Source of the DNA: Candidatus Dadabacteria bacterium | Lineage (GTDB): Bacteria > Desulfobacterota_D > UBA1144 > Nemesobacterales > CSP1-2 | NCBI GenBank assembly: GCA_963805855.1 | Contig: CAWDVW010000007.1 | Location: 608,001 to 672,000 of the forward strand | DNA length: 64,000 nucleotides | Direction of reading: 5' to 3' | Notes under the pieces: generated by a model | The model's database searches: none | Told to the model about the DNA's origin: nothing | Seen by the model: the letters and a program-made list of their open reading frames with translations, nothing else | Program-made: the position numbers and the translations under genes | Shown: piece after piece, positions 62,815 to 64,000 of the stretch | Layout: every line of letters starts with the position of its first letter | Numbering within the stretch: position 1 is the first letter of the stretch

Positions 62815-63768
62815 CTATTGTTCACCCTCTTTAACTATGTTCAATAGTTTTTCAATACTTCTATCATCCACGACAGACGATAGATAGGATAATAATTCGG
62901 AAAGTCTGTCTGAGGTTCCAAAGGTCAATCTGATTTCCAGATCATTACCTTCAAAGAAAGGGGAATGATATAAAGTAATACCTTTAGGAAGATTAAAACC
63001 ACTTAGGCATGTCTTATAGTTTTCTTCAACTTTACTCAAGGTAGGGTATCTCAATCTTCTTAGTGCATGTCTAAACTCGTTCTTTCCTCCGGACCCGCCT
63101 ATTTCAGATGAGATGCGGTCGATTATTTTACCAAGCGACACTTTGTCCCTTGAGGCCACTGCCACTAAATCTCTGATCATTTCTCTTGTTTCATTGTTGT
63201 TAAACTTAAACCTCTTAAGGATCCTCCTAAGAATTTCAAGCCTTTTATCCCCATCCACTTCACTTAACGAGACGACCTGCTCTAACGAGATCTTTTCTGT
63301 ATAGCAAGCCTCCTTAATTTCGCTCTCCAGGCCTGTCAAAGACATGTATCTTTCAAGATTTTTTCTTGTAGCTCCAATCCCGATCAGTGGAAGGACTTTC
63401 TGAATTAGGTCATCGTCATTTAAATCGCATAAGAGCTTGAATTTGAAGATTAGCTCGGCCTTATCGATTTCATTTAATCTTTGCTGATTTTCATAAAGTA
63501 CAAATTGTAGACAATCCTCATCCGACAACTCGTCCATCTCATATACAATGGATGGAATTTCATCGCAGCCTAGCTGCTTACAAACCTTGATCCGTCTCCA
63601 TCCGCATATGATTTGATATTTGTCCCCATTCCTTCTTAAGGACGGCGGATTTATTATCCCAACTTCCTCAATGGAATTTAGAATACCAGTGTAATCGTCT
63701 GAAGAGCCAATTAAAAATATCTTATCATGAAAATCTAACGCTGATATTTGAACGGCTTCAAACTTCAT
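62815..63768 (-). CDS. ParB/Srx N-terminal domain protein
   Basis: SIEEVGIINPP, YQIICGWRR, ENQQRLNEIDKA. Confidence 0.75.
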   Translation of the reverse strand: MKFEAVQISALDFHDKIFLIGSSDDYTGILNSIEEVGIINPPSLRRNGDKYQIICGWRRIKVCKQLGCDEIPSIVYEMDELSDEDCLQFVLYENQQRLNEIDKAELIFKFKLLCDLNDDDLIQKVLPLIGIGATRKNLERYMSLTGLESEIKEACYTEKISLEQVVSLSEVDGDKRLEILRRILKRFKFNNNETREMIRDLVAVASRDKVSLGKIIDRISSEIGGSGGKNEFRHALRRLRYPTLSKVEENYKTCLSGFNLPKGITLYHSPFFEGNDLEIRLTFGTSDRLSELLSYLSSVVDDRSIEKLLNIVKEGEQ

Positions 63769-64000
63769 TTAAAAGAGTGTGATCACACCTATAGAAGTCC
63801 CAATTATACTTAGCGGAGCCAAATCTACGGCGGTGTCAATTCCCTTATCAACCTTCTTTAATGTGTTCTGGGCATCAAAATACAGGGAGTCGTCGTTTAC
63901 GAGCCTACCCAGCGTCCCTTGTCCGCTATTGATCTTTTTCAGCACTGAGTTGAGGTTTGTAGCAGCTTCATTAGCCTGATTATAAAGCGAGTCGTCATTC
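63769..64000 (-). CDS. 3' end of an MCE/MlaD-family protein (truncated by the window edge)
   Basis: Minus frame reads NDDSLYNQ...INSGQGTLGRLVNDDSLY...ITLF*. Confidence 0.75.
   Translation of the reverse strand, partial: NDDSLYNQANEAATNLNSVLKKINSGQGTLGRLVNDDSLYFDAQNTLKKVDKGIDTAVDLAPLSIIGTSIGVITLF

Noticed and set aside
2643-63979. Many short antisense or overlapping ORFs in the track (e.g. 2643-2954, 4664-5032, 44038-44445, 56767-57192, 63779-63979)
   Set aside because: They are shadow frames of well-supported genes on the opposite strand or another frame.

Overview
Bacterial chromosomal window, moderately AT-rich. The gene style looks deltaproteobacterial/Desulfobacterota-like, but taxonomy cannot be confirmed from sequence alone. 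The right half (about 39.8-64 kb) is housekeeping: an 11-subunit nuo operon with a NuoB-C fusion and no nuoEFG, gltA, an M50 protease, ptsP, a ferredoxin-NADP reductase, an RNB nuclease, pyrG, rdgB, rph, tmRNA, smpB, dtd, a ParB-like gene and part of an MCE gene. The left half is accessory-rich: ccmAB, redox and hydrolase genes, a Zymomonas-type pyruvate decarboxylase, a decayed ABC/AttH locus, and a lexA-imuA-imuB-dnaE2 mutagenesis cassette. Its intergenic regions are full of small palindromic repeats, several nested inside one another. Two observations stand out. (1) An intact IS110-family (IS1111-type) element at 33060-34484. Its ends, AG/CT core, circle-junction promoter and empty target can all be reconstructed by eye. 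Its 3' non-coding end contains guide segments (TCGACTGGCT, ACTGAG) that exactly match the REP-like repeat it inserted into, consistent with a bridge/seekRNA-guided recombinase aimed at a host repeat family. (2) A stand-alone 98-aa GIY-YIG nuclease sits in a cluster of TGTCAT...ATGACA paired palindromes that are also dispersed elsewhere and that bracket the SOS-mutagenesis cassette as a 39-bp perfect inverted repeat. This is a candidate RAYT/REPIN-like system run by a GIY-YIG enzyme.
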